Source: Actinomycetota bacterium (GTDB taxonomy: Bacteria > Actinomycetota > JBBINU01). Taken from it: a stretch of DNA of 64,000 bases. Below, piece by piece: positions 45,072-53,665 of the stretch (its first letter is position 1; every line of letters starts with the position of its first letter). The stretch is from NCBI GenBank assembly GCA_037443725.1, contig JBBINU010000011.1, positions 4,833 through 68,832 on the forward strand. The letters run 5' to 3'. Below the pieces are notes generated by a model. The model had not been told where the DNA came from. It saw only the letters and a list, made by a program, of their open reading frames with translations, and did no database searches. Position numbers and translations under genes: made by a program.

Positions 45072-45812
45072 GTGATAGCCCTCCTCTCGGACGTCCACGG
45101 AAACCTGCCAGCCCTCGAGGCTGTCCTGGCCGAGCTCGGGCGGCACTCCCCTGACTCCTGGGTCTTCCTGGGTGATGCGGTGGGCTACGGCGCCTGGCCC
45201 TCCGAAGTCTGCCTCGCCCTTCGGGCCACTCGCCCTCTCGCGGTGGCCGGCAACCACGACCTGGCTGTGCTGGGTCGGGTGGACCCAGAGCTTTTCAACC
45301 CCGAGGCTGAGGAGGCCGTGCTCTGGACGAGGCGGGTGCTCACGGACGCGGCCAAGGCGTTTCTTGAGGCCATGCCGCTCGAGGCGGAGGTCGGGGGAGC
45401 CCTTCCCTTCCACGCCGTTCACGGCAGCCCCCTGGACCCGGCCATGCGGTACATCCTGGACCTCAGGGAGGCCTGGAGGGCTTTGGGGGCCTCGCGGCAC
45501 CCGCGGCTGCTGGTGGGACATACTCACGTGGCGGGTCTCTTCGTGTTCGAGCCCGGAGGGAGGGGAAGCTACCTGCCCCTTAGGCCCGGGGAGCCCCAGG
45601 AGCTCGATACCGGGAGGCTGTATGTGGTGAACCCCGGTAGTGTGGGGCAGCCCAGGGATGGGGACCCGAGGGCTGCCGCGGCCCTCCTTGACCCCGAAAA
45701 GGCGAGGATCCTGCCCCTTAGGGTCAACTACGATGTGGAGGCAGCGGGCCGGGAGATCCTCAGAGCGGGTCTTCCGCCTTTTTTCGCCTTCAGGCTCAGG
45801 CTCGGGATCTAG
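45072..45812 (+). CDS. Calcineurin-like metallophosphoesterase
   Basis: SDVHGN, GDAVGYG, GNHD, HGSP, GHTH, NPGSVGQPRDGDPRA. Confidence 0.92.
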   Translation: MIALLSDVHGNLPALEAVLAELGRHSPDSWVFLGDAVGYGAWPSEVCLALRATRPLAVAGNHDLAVLGRVDPELFNPEAEEAVLWTRRVLTDAAKAFLEAMPLEAEVGGALPFHAVHGSPLDPAMRYILDLREAWRALGASRHPRLLVGHTHVAGLFVFEPGGRGSYLPLRPGEPQELDTGRLYVVNPGSVGQPRDGDPRAAAALLDPEKARILPLRVNYDVEAAGREILRAGLPPFFAFRLRLGI

Positions 45813-45872
45813 GGTGACTCTGGGCTAGTGCTTGCAACAGTTAAACGTCGCCGAGTAACATGGCTCACGGCC

Positions 45873-46385
45873 ATGGAGAGGGTGAGCAGCATGCGGGGAG
45901 AGGTGGGGAGGTTCATAAGGGAGCAGAGGCGGAATGCGCAGATCTCTCTGAGGAGGCTGGCGAAGATCGCCGGGATCTCGAACCCCTACCTCTCCCAGAT
46001 AGAGAGGGGTCTTCGAAAACCCTCCGCCGAGATACTGCAGGCGATAGCCAGGGCCCTCAGGATCTCGGCGGAGACCCTGTACGTCAAGGCGGGCATCCTG
46101 GAGGAGAGGGACGGGGGGAAGGACCTCGTCCGGGAGATCCTGGAGGACCCCTTCCTCAAGGAGAAGCAGAAGGAGGTCCTGATAGAGATATACCGGGCCT
46201 TCCGCAGGCAGAACCGGGCCGAGATGCCCCTGGGGGCGGTACCGGCCTCAGGGGTGCGGCGGCGACGGCGGGAAACCGGCGGGGCTCCCGCCGTCGAGCC
46301 GGAGGAGGGCGGTCCGGCGGTCGGGTCGCCGGAAGGAGGGATGGGGGGTTCGGCGGCCGAATCCGACCGGGCAGCCGGGGGGTAG
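45873..46385 (+). CDS. XRE-family HTH regulator (Rv0474-like)
   Basis: FIREQRRNAQISLRRLAKIAGISNPYLSQIERGLRKPSAEILQAIARALRISAETLY; start may be 45891. Confidence 0.9.
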   Translation: MERVSSMRGEVGRFIREQRRNAQISLRRLAKIAGISNPYLSQIERGLRKPSAEILQAIARALRISAETLYVKAGILEERDGGKDLVREILEDPFLKEKQKEVLIEIYRAFRRQNRAEMPLGAVPASGVRRRRRETGGAPAVEPEEGGPAVGSPEGGMGGSAAESDRAAGG

Positions 46386-46483
46386 GAAGGGGATCCGAGC
46401 CCATCGGCCTTGCCCGCTCCCGTAGGCTGCCCTTGACCGCGACGGCGGCTTCTTTGGGGGGCCAGGGCCGGCGCCGCTTCGGA

Positions 46484-47299
46484 TCAGCCCAGACTGACAC
46501 CGGCCCTGGCCAGCAGGTGGGCTAGAGGCCAGAGGAGGGCCGCGAAGAGCACGACGGCCCCTCCCGGCGGAAGGTTAAGGAAAGCCGAGGCGATGAGGCC
46601 GAGGATTCCTGCCGCTTCCCCCCCCACGAGGGCGAGGAGGCCGGTGGCCCTAAACCCCGAGGCGAGCTGGGTGGCGGCGGCTACGGGGAGAGCCATGAGG
46701 GCGCCGACCAGGAGGAGCCCCACGATACGCATGCCGAGGACGACCACGGCAGCCGCGGCGAGAAGGACTACGAGCTGAAGGGAACCGGTTGGCAGGCCCT
46801 GGGCGCGGGCGGCCTCTTCGTCCAGGGATGCCAGCGCCAGGGGGCGGAAGAAGAGGGCGAGAAGGGTGACGCCGACCGAGGCGGCGGCCACGGCGAGGAG
46901 GGTCTCACCCGTGCTCAGGGTTAGGACGCTGCCGAAGAGATAGCCGTAAATGGCGCCGCCGAAGCGTCCCGCCAGGGCTGCCAGGGTCAGGCCGGCTGCG
47001 ATGCCGGTGTAGAAGATGATAGCGAGGGCGGTGTCGGCAACCCCTCTTCGGAGGAGGTACTGAAGGACGAGGACGGAGACGAGGGCCAGGGCCGCCGCGC
47101 CGGCCCCGGCAGGGAGCCCCAGGAGAAAGGCGAGGCCCACGCCGGCGAAGGCGAGGTGGCCCAGGCCGTCACCGAGGAGGGCAAGACGCCTGGCCACAAG
47201 GAAGGTCCCCACCAGAGGGGCGAGGGCGGCGACGGCTGCAGTGGCAACGAACGCCCGGAGCATGAAGGGGGAGATTATGAGATCGGCCAGGCCCACCAC
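46484..47299 (-). CDS. znuB: Zn/Mn ABC transporter permease
   Basis: LLGDGLGHLAFAG, YLFGSVL, IVGLLLVGALMALP. Confidence 0.9.
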   Translation of the reverse strand: MVGLADLIISPFMLRAFVATAAVAALAPLVGTFLVARRLALLGDGLGHLAFAGVGLAFLLGLPAGAGAAALALVSVLVLQYLLRRGVADTALAIIFYTGIAAGLTLAALAGRFGGAIYGYLFGSVLTLSTGETLLAVAAASVGVTLLALFFRPLALASLDEEAARAQGLPTGSLQLVVLLAAAAVVVLGMRIVGLLLVGALMALPVAAATQLASGFRATGLLALVGGEAAGILGLIASAFLNLPPGGAVVLFAALLWPLAHLLARAGVSLG

Positions 47300-47301
47300 T
47301 T

Positions 47302-48054
47302 CTAGGCCCTCCTTTCGGCCCTGAGCTCTTGGCCATGGTGGCAGACCCCCTCCTCAGGGGAGGGTAGGTGGTCGGGAACTTCCAGAGGTAACCCGCACCA
47401 GACCAGGGTGCGGTCGAGGGCCGCCACCCTCTGGAGGCCGCGCTCGACCAGGCCCTCCAGGCCGTGGCAGACAACCACCAGGGTTCTTCCCTCCCCGTGG
47501 ATCTCCTCAAAGACCCGGAACATCGCTTCCCTGGTCTCCCGGTCGACGCCTGCCGCAGGCTCGTCCAGGAGGAGGAGATCGGCCCCGGAGACGAGGGCCC
47601 TGGCCACAAGCACCCTCTGGAGCTCACCGCCGGAGAGCTGGTGGACAGGTCTGCGGGCGAGGTGGGGTATGCCCAAGAGCTCCAGGGCTTCGGACACCCG
47701 CGCCCTGACTCTCGAGGTGAAGGGCGCTGGGAGCCACGATCTTATCAGGCCCATTCCTACCAGCTCCTCGACGCTCAGGGGAAAACCGCCGCCGGGAGCG
47801 GCGAAGCGCTGGGGTGCGTACCCCAGCCTCTCCCACGCCCGGAACCGGCTGAGGTCCTCCCCGAAGAGCCGGATGCGCCCCGCTGCGAGCGGTACGAGTC
47901 CCAGGGCGGCCCTCAGGAGGGTGCTCTTTCCGGCGCCATTCGGCCCGATGAGGGCGAGGTACTCACCCTCCTCCACGGTGAGGCTGACCGCCTCGAGGAT
48001 CATTCTCCCGGCCTTCCCGACGCTCACCTCTTCCCACTCAAGGACAGGAGGCAT
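47302..48054 (-). CDS. znuC: Zn/Mn ABC transporter ATPase
   Basis: GPNGAGKST, LSGGELQRV, LLDEP, VVCH. Confidence 0.92.
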   Translation of the reverse strand: MPPVLEWEEVSVGKAGRMILEAVSLTVEEGEYLALIGPNGAGKSTLLRAALGLVPLAAGRIRLFGEDLSRFRAWERLGYAPQRFAAPGGGFPLSVEELVGMGLIRSWLPAPFTSRVRARVSEALELLGIPHLARRPVHQLSGGELQRVLVARALVSGADLLLLDEPAAGVDRETREAMFRVFEEIHGEGRTLVVVCHGLEGLVERGLQRVAALDRTLVWCGLPLEVPDHLPSPEEGVCHHGQELRAERRA

Positions 48055-48055
48055 C

Positions 48056-48973
48056 CTACCCCCCGGGAGTCTGCCGGGCGCAGCCAAGTCCTTCCGCCAG
48101 GGAGCGGAGGTTCTCACGCATGACGGAGAAGTAGTCCTCCCCCTGCGGGGGCCGGACCTCGAGGGGGTCGAGGAGTAGCAGGGGCAGGGAGTGCTCCCGG
48201 GCGAAGGATTCGAGAGCAGGCGTGGACACGCCTCTCTCGGCGAAGGCCGCTCGGATCTTTCCCTCCTTCACCAGGGACGCCAGCTCGGCGAGGCGCTCGG
48301 GGCTCGGCTCACCCTCAGGGGCGAGACCGACCATGGAGTGGGCCTGGAGCCCGTAGCGGGAGGCGGGGTAGGTGAAGAAGTCGTGGAAGGTGAGGAAGCC
48401 TCTTCCCTGGCAGGGTGCGAGGGCATCGCGATACTCCCTGTCCAGCTCGCTCAGGCGGGAGCCAAGGGCGTCGGCGCGGGCGGCGAACCAGGAGGCGTTC
48501 TCGGGATCGGCTTCAGCCAGGGCCTTCCTTAAGGTCTCCGTTGCCGCTGAGAGGAGGGAGGGGTCGAGCCAGGTATGCATGTCTGCGCCCTGGCCCACGC
48601 GGCGCAGCTCCACCCCGGACGAGGCCGCCACGACCAGGGGCTTGCCCGGCGTCAGATCCCTGATCACCCTGTCCAGAGCAGGTTGGAACCCCGGGCCCTG
48701 GTAGAAAAGGACCTGGGCACGACGGATGGAGGAAACGTCCTGGGGCGAGGGTTCCCAGTCGTGGGGCTCGACTCCTGCTGGTGTTAGCTCTATCACCCTG
48801 ATCCTCTCCCCGCCCACTTGCTCGGCGACGAAGGCCAGGGGGTAGAAGGCGGCGGCCACCTGCGTTCCCCCGCCGCCCGTCCTCGCGCAACCCGAGGCGA
48901 GAAGGGCGAGAACCGCAGCTATCCCTCGCAGGTACGCCCAGCCTCGAAGAAGTGGCGGACGCCGACTGTTCAT
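48056..48973 (-). CDS. znuA: Zn/Mn ABC transporter substrate-binding lipoprotein
   Basis: Lipobox LASGC; EPHDWEP, HTWLDP, FHDFF metal ligands. Confidence 0.9.
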   Translation of the reverse strand: MNSRRPPLLRGWAYLRGIAAVLALLASGCARTGGGGTQVAAAFYPLAFVAEQVGGERIRVIELTPAGVEPHDWEPSPQDVSSIRRAQVLFYQGPGFQPALDRVIRDLTPGKPLVVAASSGVELRRVGQGADMHTWLDPSLLSAATETLRKALAEADPENASWFAARADALGSRLSELDREYRDALAPCQGRGFLTFHDFFTYPASRYGLQAHSMVGLAPEGEPSPERLAELASLVKEGKIRAAFAERGVSTPALESFAREHSLPLLLLDPLEVRPPQGEDYFSVMRENLRSLAEGLGCARQTPGG

Positions 48974-49407
48974 CCGCTTCCTTCCTCGCAGGTTGCGCAG
49001 AGGCCCGTGAACTCCAGGGTGTGCCCCTCCACCCGGAAGCCCAAGGCCCTTCCCGTCTTTTCCCCGGTCCTCCCGAGGGCGGCCTCCAGGCGATGCATCT
49101 CATCGCTGGGGATCTCGACGGCCCTGAGGCAGGAGCGGCAGATGATGTGGTGGGAGTGGGGGCGTGGGCAGAGGTGGAAAAGGGACCCCCTCTCCCCCTT
49201 CACCACGGCCACTTCGCCCGAGCGCCACAGGGATGCGAGGGCCCGGTAGAGGGTAGCCCTCCCGAGTCCTGGCCTCGCCCTCCTGGCCAGGGCAAGGATG
49301 TCCCTAGCAGGAAGGAGATGCCCACCCTCGAGAGCTCTTCTCACCACGGCAGCCGCTTCGGTGCTTACTCCCCGCGGTCGGCCCGGCCTCCTGCGCTTCT
49401 GGCCCAT
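48970..49407 (-). CDS. zur: Fur-family regulator, probably Zur
   Basis: GRATLYRAL, HSHHIICRSC, GLCATC; heads the znu operon. Start ATG 49407. Confidence 0.85.
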   Translation of the reverse strand: MGQKRRRPGRPRGVSTEAAAVVRRALEGGHLLPARDILALARRARPGLGRATLYRALASLWRSGEVAVVKGERGSLFHLCPRPHSHHIICRSCLRAVEIPSDEMHRLEAALGRTGEKTGRALGFRVEGHTLEFTGLCATCEEGSG

Positions 49408-49415
49408 TTTGCGGT

Positions 49416-49436
49416 TATTGAGACGCTGTCTCAAAA
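49416..49436. promoter_or_regulatory. Zur/Fur-box-like operator
   Basis: TATTGAGACGCTGTCTCAAAA, perfect core TTGAGAC-N3-GTCTCAA, 9 bp upstream of zur. Confidence 0.78.
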
Positions 49437-49512
49437 ATAGCATACCAGTCGGGTGCGTTCCTGTCGGCGGTCACAAACTGGCCCCCGGCGGTCTTCTGGT
49501 AACCTGCCGTGC

Positions 49513-50562
49513 GTGTCTTACCGGGTGCTGGTGGAGGGGGCCGAGGCGCTGGAGGTGCGCGGGCGGGCCCTGGAGGAGCTGGTTCGCTCCGATCCACGGG
49601 CGACCGTGTTCCACCTCCCTGCGTACCAGCGCTCGTGGTGGAGGTGGCTCGGAGAAGGGCGGGCCCGAGTGGTCTTGGTGGAAAGAGGCGGCGAGCTCCT
49701 GGGAGCCGCTTATTCCCACGTGGCCAGGGGTTTCCTTAGGTTCATGGGAGGGACCGACGTTACCGATTACCAGTGGCCCTTGGCCCTGGCCGGGGAGGAA
49801 GAGGCGGTGGCGCGGGCGCTGGCCGGCTTTTTCAGGGAGGAGCCTTGCCGGGCGCTGTCCTTGAGGCATCTGGACGAGGTCTGGGCGCGGCTGCTGGCTT
49901 GCTGCCTCGAGGAGGTGGGCCTCAAGGCCCGAGTGGCCCCCGACGCCCCGAGCCCTCAGATCTCGCTGGAGGGTGGCTACGCGGCCTACATGGACAGGCT
50001 CAGCTCCAAGCAGAGGCACGAGGTGAGGAGGAAACTGCGGAGGGCGGCCGAGGGCCTCCGCGGTCTCCGGGTGAGGCTCTATATGGGAGAGGCCGCCATC
50101 CCCCTCCTCCCCACCTTTTTCCGGCTGCACGCTTCTAGTTACGGCGGCAAGGGGGGGTTTCTCCTTCCATCGCGCCGGCTTTTCCTAGGTGCCCTGGCGC
50201 GGAGTCTCGGCCCCACCTTCGGGCTTGCCCTTCTGGAGGAGAGCGGCGAGGGGTCTCCCGTCCCACCTGCCGTTCAGCCCGTCAGCTCGGCCAGGCTGGG
50301 GGATCGCCCCTCGGCCCTCGCTGCCTGCCTGCTCTTCCTTTGGCGCGAGAGTGTCCTCCTGTACAACAGTGCCTTCGACAGGGGCATGGCCCATGTTTCT
50401 CCCGGAGTCGTACTGGTCCAGTCGCTCCTGGCCTGGGCCGCTCGCGAAGGGTACCGGACCTTTGACTTTCTCCGGGGAGGCGAGGAGTACAAGCAGAGGC
50501 TCGGGGCCGTTCCTCGGGAGCTCTACAGGGTGGACTATCTCGCAGCGCGGGAGGGCCCGTGA
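49513..50562 (+). CDS. GNAT family (CelD/BcsL, Acetyltransf_6) acyltransferase
   Basis: LSSKQRHEVRRKLRR, LLYNSAFD, SPGVVL, FDFLRGGEEYKQRLG; start approximate. Confidence 0.85.
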   Translation: MSYRVLVEGAEALEVRGRALEELVRSDPRATVFHLPAYQRSWWRWLGEGRARVVLVERGGELLGAAYSHVARGFLRFMGGTDVTDYQWPLALAGEEEAVARALAGFFREEPCRALSLRHLDEVWARLLACCLEEVGLKARVAPDAPSPQISLEGGYAAYMDRLSSKQRHEVRRKLRRAAEGLRGLRVRLYMGEAAIPLLPTFFRLHASSYGGKGGFLLPSRRLFLGALARSLGPTFGLALLEESGEGSPVPPAVQPVSSARLGDRPSALAACLLFLWRESVLLYNSAFDRGMAHVSPGVVLVQSLLAWAAREGYRTFDFLRGGEEYKQRLGAVPRELYRVDYLAAREGP

Positions 50563-51776
50563 GGAGGGAGGGTGTGGCCTTCCTCAGCCTTCACACCTCT
50601 CCCCTGGACCTGCCAGGAGAGGGAGCTGGCGGGGGGATGAACGTGTACGTGCGGGAGATGGCCGTCTCCCTGGCCCGTCTCGGTCTTGCTGTGGACATAT
50701 ACACTCGGGCTTCCTCTCCCGGCCTCCCCCCCGTGGTGGAGCTTGCTCCCGGGGTACGCCTGTTTCACCTCGAGGCCGGCCCGGCGCGGCCCCTCCCCAA
50801 GGGGGCCCTCGCCCGGCACCTCGCGGCGTTCCTCTGCTCGTTCATGGGAACCTCCCAGGGGCTGGCAGGGGCGAGTTACTCCCTCGTTCACGCCCACTAC
50901 TGGCTGGCCGGATGGGCGGCGAGTCTGGCTGCGGAGAGGTGGGGGATACCGCTGGTCCAGTCCTTTCACACGCTGGCCAGGAGGAAGGAGCGAGCTGGTT
51001 TTCCCGAGCCGCCGATAAGGAGCTCGACGGAGGCAAGGCTTGCCCGTCAGGCATCGCTCGTGGTGGCCATGAGCCGGTCCGAGGCGGAGGACCTGGAGAG
51101 GCTGTACGGGGTGCCGCCCGACCGGGTGGTGGTGGCCGCTCCCGGAGTGCGCACGGAGGTGTTTCGACCGCGGCCGCGGGAGGGCCAGGCCTTCAGGCAT
51201 TCTCTAGGGATGGAGAGGGGTCCCCTGCTGCTTTTCGCGGGAAGGCTTGAACCCCTCAAGGGGCCCGAGCTCTTTGTGAGGGCCCTCTGTTTTCTTCCCG
51301 AGGCCCAAGGGCTTGTGGTGGGAGGGGGGAGCGCCCCGGGGGAGGGGCGGAGGCTGGAGAGGCTCGTTTACGAGCTGGGGTTGGAGCGGAGGGTGCGTTT
51401 CCTCCGCCCCCTGCCGCAGGAGAGGCTGGCTGTGGCTTACTCCGCAGCGGACCTGGTGGTTGTCCCCTCGGCGGCGGAGAGCTTCGGCCTGGTGGCTCTG
51501 GAGGCGCAGGCCTGCGGTACTCCGGTGGTGGCGGTGAGGACGGGAGGGTTGCAGGAGGTGGTGGCGGACGGCAGGACGGGGGTCCTGCTCGGCGAGAGGA
51601 ACCCGGAGGCCTTCGCCCGCGCCATCGCCGCCCTTCTCGCCTCCCCCGCGCTTCTTGCCTCCATGCGGGAGAGGGCCAGGCGGAGGGCTTCCAGGCAGAC
51701 CTGGGAGGCGGCAGCCTCGGTACTGGTCGGAGCCTACCGGCGGATCCTCGAGGCCGAGAGGCTCGCCTCGGCGTGA
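50559..51776 (+). CDS. mshA: D-inositol-3-phosphate glycosyltransferase (mycothiol pathway)
   Basis: LHTSPL..PG...GGMNVYVRE, HAHYWLAG, SFHTLA, GRLEPLKG, ESFGLVALEAQACGTPVVA; followed by a YbjN gene. Confidence 0.85.
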   Translation: MRREGVAFLSLHTSPLDLPGEGAGGGMNVYVREMAVSLARLGLAVDIYTRASSPGLPPVVELAPGVRLFHLEAGPARPLPKGALARHLAAFLCSFMGTSQGLAGASYSLVHAHYWLAGWAASLAAERWGIPLVQSFHTLARRKERAGFPEPPIRSSTEARLARQASLVVAMSRSEAEDLERLYGVPPDRVVVAAPGVRTEVFRPRPREGQAFRHSLGMERGPLLLFAGRLEPLKGPELFVRALCFLPEAQGLVVGGGSAPGEGRRLERLVYELGLERRVRFLRPLPQERLAVAYSAADLVVVPSAAESFGLVALEAQACGTPVVAVRTGGLQEVVADGRTGVLLGERNPEAFARAIAALLASPALLASMRERARRRASRQTWEAAASVLVGAYRRILEAERLASA

Positions 51777-52237
51777 AGGAGGTGGTAGGTACGGAGCGGG
51801 ATCCGAGGGAGCGGGCGGCTGCCATCATCCAGCAGTACTTGGACAGGGAGGGGATCCGCCACCAGCGCTCGGGGGAGTGGGAGTGGCTGGTGGAGATGGA
51901 AGGCGAGGTTCGCAGATCGGTCACGGCCCTCATCGTGCTGGGGGAGAGGACGGTCCTGGTGGAGTCCTTTTTCATGCGCCGCCCTCCCCAGAACGAGGCC
52001 GAGTTCTACCGTTACCTTCTCGCCAAGAACCTCGGCTTCTATCTCTACCGGTTCGCTGTGGACGAGCTCGGTGACGTTTACCTCCTGGCCCAAGTTCCCA
52101 TCGCCTGCCTGGACGAGGACGAGCTGGACAGGCTCCTCGGAACCCTCCTCACCTACTCCGACGGGAGCTTCAATCCCGCCCTGCGGATCGCATACGCCTC
52201 GGAGCTTATGGGAGACGGGGAAGGGCGGGGGGACTAG
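51773..52237 (+). CDS. YbjN domain protein
   Basis: FMRRPPQNEAEFYRYLLAKN...FAVDELGDVYL...LDRLLG; usual partner of mshA. Confidence 0.85.
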   Translation: MKEVVGTERDPRERAAAIIQQYLDREGIRHQRSGEWEWLVEMEGEVRRSVTALIVLGERTVLVESFFMRRPPQNEAEFYRYLLAKNLGFYLYRFAVDELGDVYLLAQVPIACLDEDELDRLLGTLLTYSDGSFNPALRIAYASELMGDGEGRGD

Positions 52238-52450
52238 GCCCTCGTTTCCGCTTGCCGCCTCTCCTGCTTCTCGCTGCGGTGGCCCGTGGCGGCTCCCTCG
52301 ACCAGCGTTCGATGTTAACCTCTTGCAAGCAGTTTCGAGCGGGTGTTAGCTAGGTGGTGCCGGCGGGGGTGGGCGGGAGCCGGGGGCGGCCGGCGGGTTG
52401 GTACGGGCGAGCAGTGGAAGGTACGCCCGTGGGAAGGAGGAGATGAGGTC

Positions 52451-53644
52451 ATGGCCGTCGACCTGTCGCTCGCGCCCGAGCAGGAGGAGATGAGGAAGGT
52501 CGCGCACGAGTTCGCGGAGAAGGAGATCCGCCCTGTGGCTCCCGAGTACGACGAGAAGGAGGAGTATCCCTGGCCCGTGGTGGAGAAAGCCCACCGAATC
52601 GGGCTTACCAATTACTACTTCCCTGAAGAGTACGGCGGGGGAGGGATTACCGATGCCATCACGGAGTTCGTGGTGGGAGAGGAGCTGCACTGGGGTTGTG
52701 CTGGTATCGCTACGGCCATTCACGCCACTGCCCTGGCCGCAGCGGGCATCTTTGCCCTCGGGACTGAAGAGCAGAAGAAGAAGTGGATCCCTCTCTTTTG
52801 CGACCCCGAGAACCTTAGGATAGGGGCGATGGGCCTGACGGAGCCCCATGCGGGATCCGACGCGGGCGCCATAAGGACCACGGCCAGGCGGGAGGGGGAC
52901 TATTACGTCCTGAACGGCCAGAAGATGTTCTGCACCAATGGAGGCATTGCTGACCTCCACCTCTTCTTCGCTACGGAGGATCCAAGCCTGGGGTGGGCCG
53001 GGATTGCCGGCTTCATCGTCCCCAAGGACACCCCGGGGCTTGTCATGCTCCGGAAGGAGAGAAAGATGGGAGTGAGGGCGTCCCACACGGCCACTATGGC
53101 CCTGGACGAGGTGAGGGTTCCGGCGGAGAACAGGCTCGGACCCGAGCCAACCCCGGAGAACCGATACGCTGGGGCGGTAGGGGCCCTCAAGATGCTGGAG
53201 AGGACGAGGCCGGGGGTGGGCGCCGGTGCGGTGGGCATCGCCCGAGCGGCGTTCGAGTATGCTCTGGACTACGCCAGGGAGCGGTACGCCTTCGGGAAGC
53301 CCATCGCCCTGCACCAGGCCATCGCCTTCAAGTTTGCCGACATGGCCACCCAGATAGACGCGGCCAGGCTGCTCGTGTGGAGAGCGGGATGGATGATGGA
53401 CCGGGGCCTTCCCCTCGCGCGGGGGGAGGGTTCCATGGCCAAGCTTTACGCGGGGGACGTGGCCGTAAGGGTGTGTGTGGATGCCATCCAGATTCTCGGG
53501 GGGCACGGATACATCCGGGACCACCCCGTGGAGAAGTGGCTCAGGGACGCCAAGGTTTACCAGATCTGGGAAGGAACCGCCGAGATCCAGAGGCTCGTCA
53601 TCTCCAGGGCGATCACGGGCAAGATAGAGAGAAAGGAGGGCTGA
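52451..53644 (+). CDS. Acyl-CoA dehydrogenase
   Basis: YGGGG, GLTEPHAGSD, LNGQKMFCTNG, QILGGHGY, QIWEGTAEIQR. Confidence 0.95.
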   Translation: MAVDLSLAPEQEEMRKVAHEFAEKEIRPVAPEYDEKEEYPWPVVEKAHRIGLTNYYFPEEYGGGGITDAITEFVVGEELHWGCAGIATAIHATALAAAGIFALGTEEQKKKWIPLFCDPENLRIGAMGLTEPHAGSDAGAIRTTARREGDYYVLNGQKMFCTNGGIADLHLFFATEDPSLGWAGIAGFIVPKDTPGLVMLRKERKMGVRASHTATMALDEVRVPAENRLGPEPTPENRYAGAVGALKMLERTRPGVGAGAVGIARAAFEYALDYARERYAFGKPIALHQAIAFKFADMATQIDAARLLVWRAGWMMDRGLPLARGEGSMAKLYAGDVAVRVCVDAIQILGGHGYIRDHPVEKWLRDAKVYQIWEGTAEIQRLVISRAITGKIERKEG

Positions 53645-53665
53645 GCCGGCCGGCGTCGGACGCGC

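Noticed and set aside
49513-50562. Calling the GNAT mshD
   Set aside because: Its motifs are Acetyltransf_6 type, not those of MshD.
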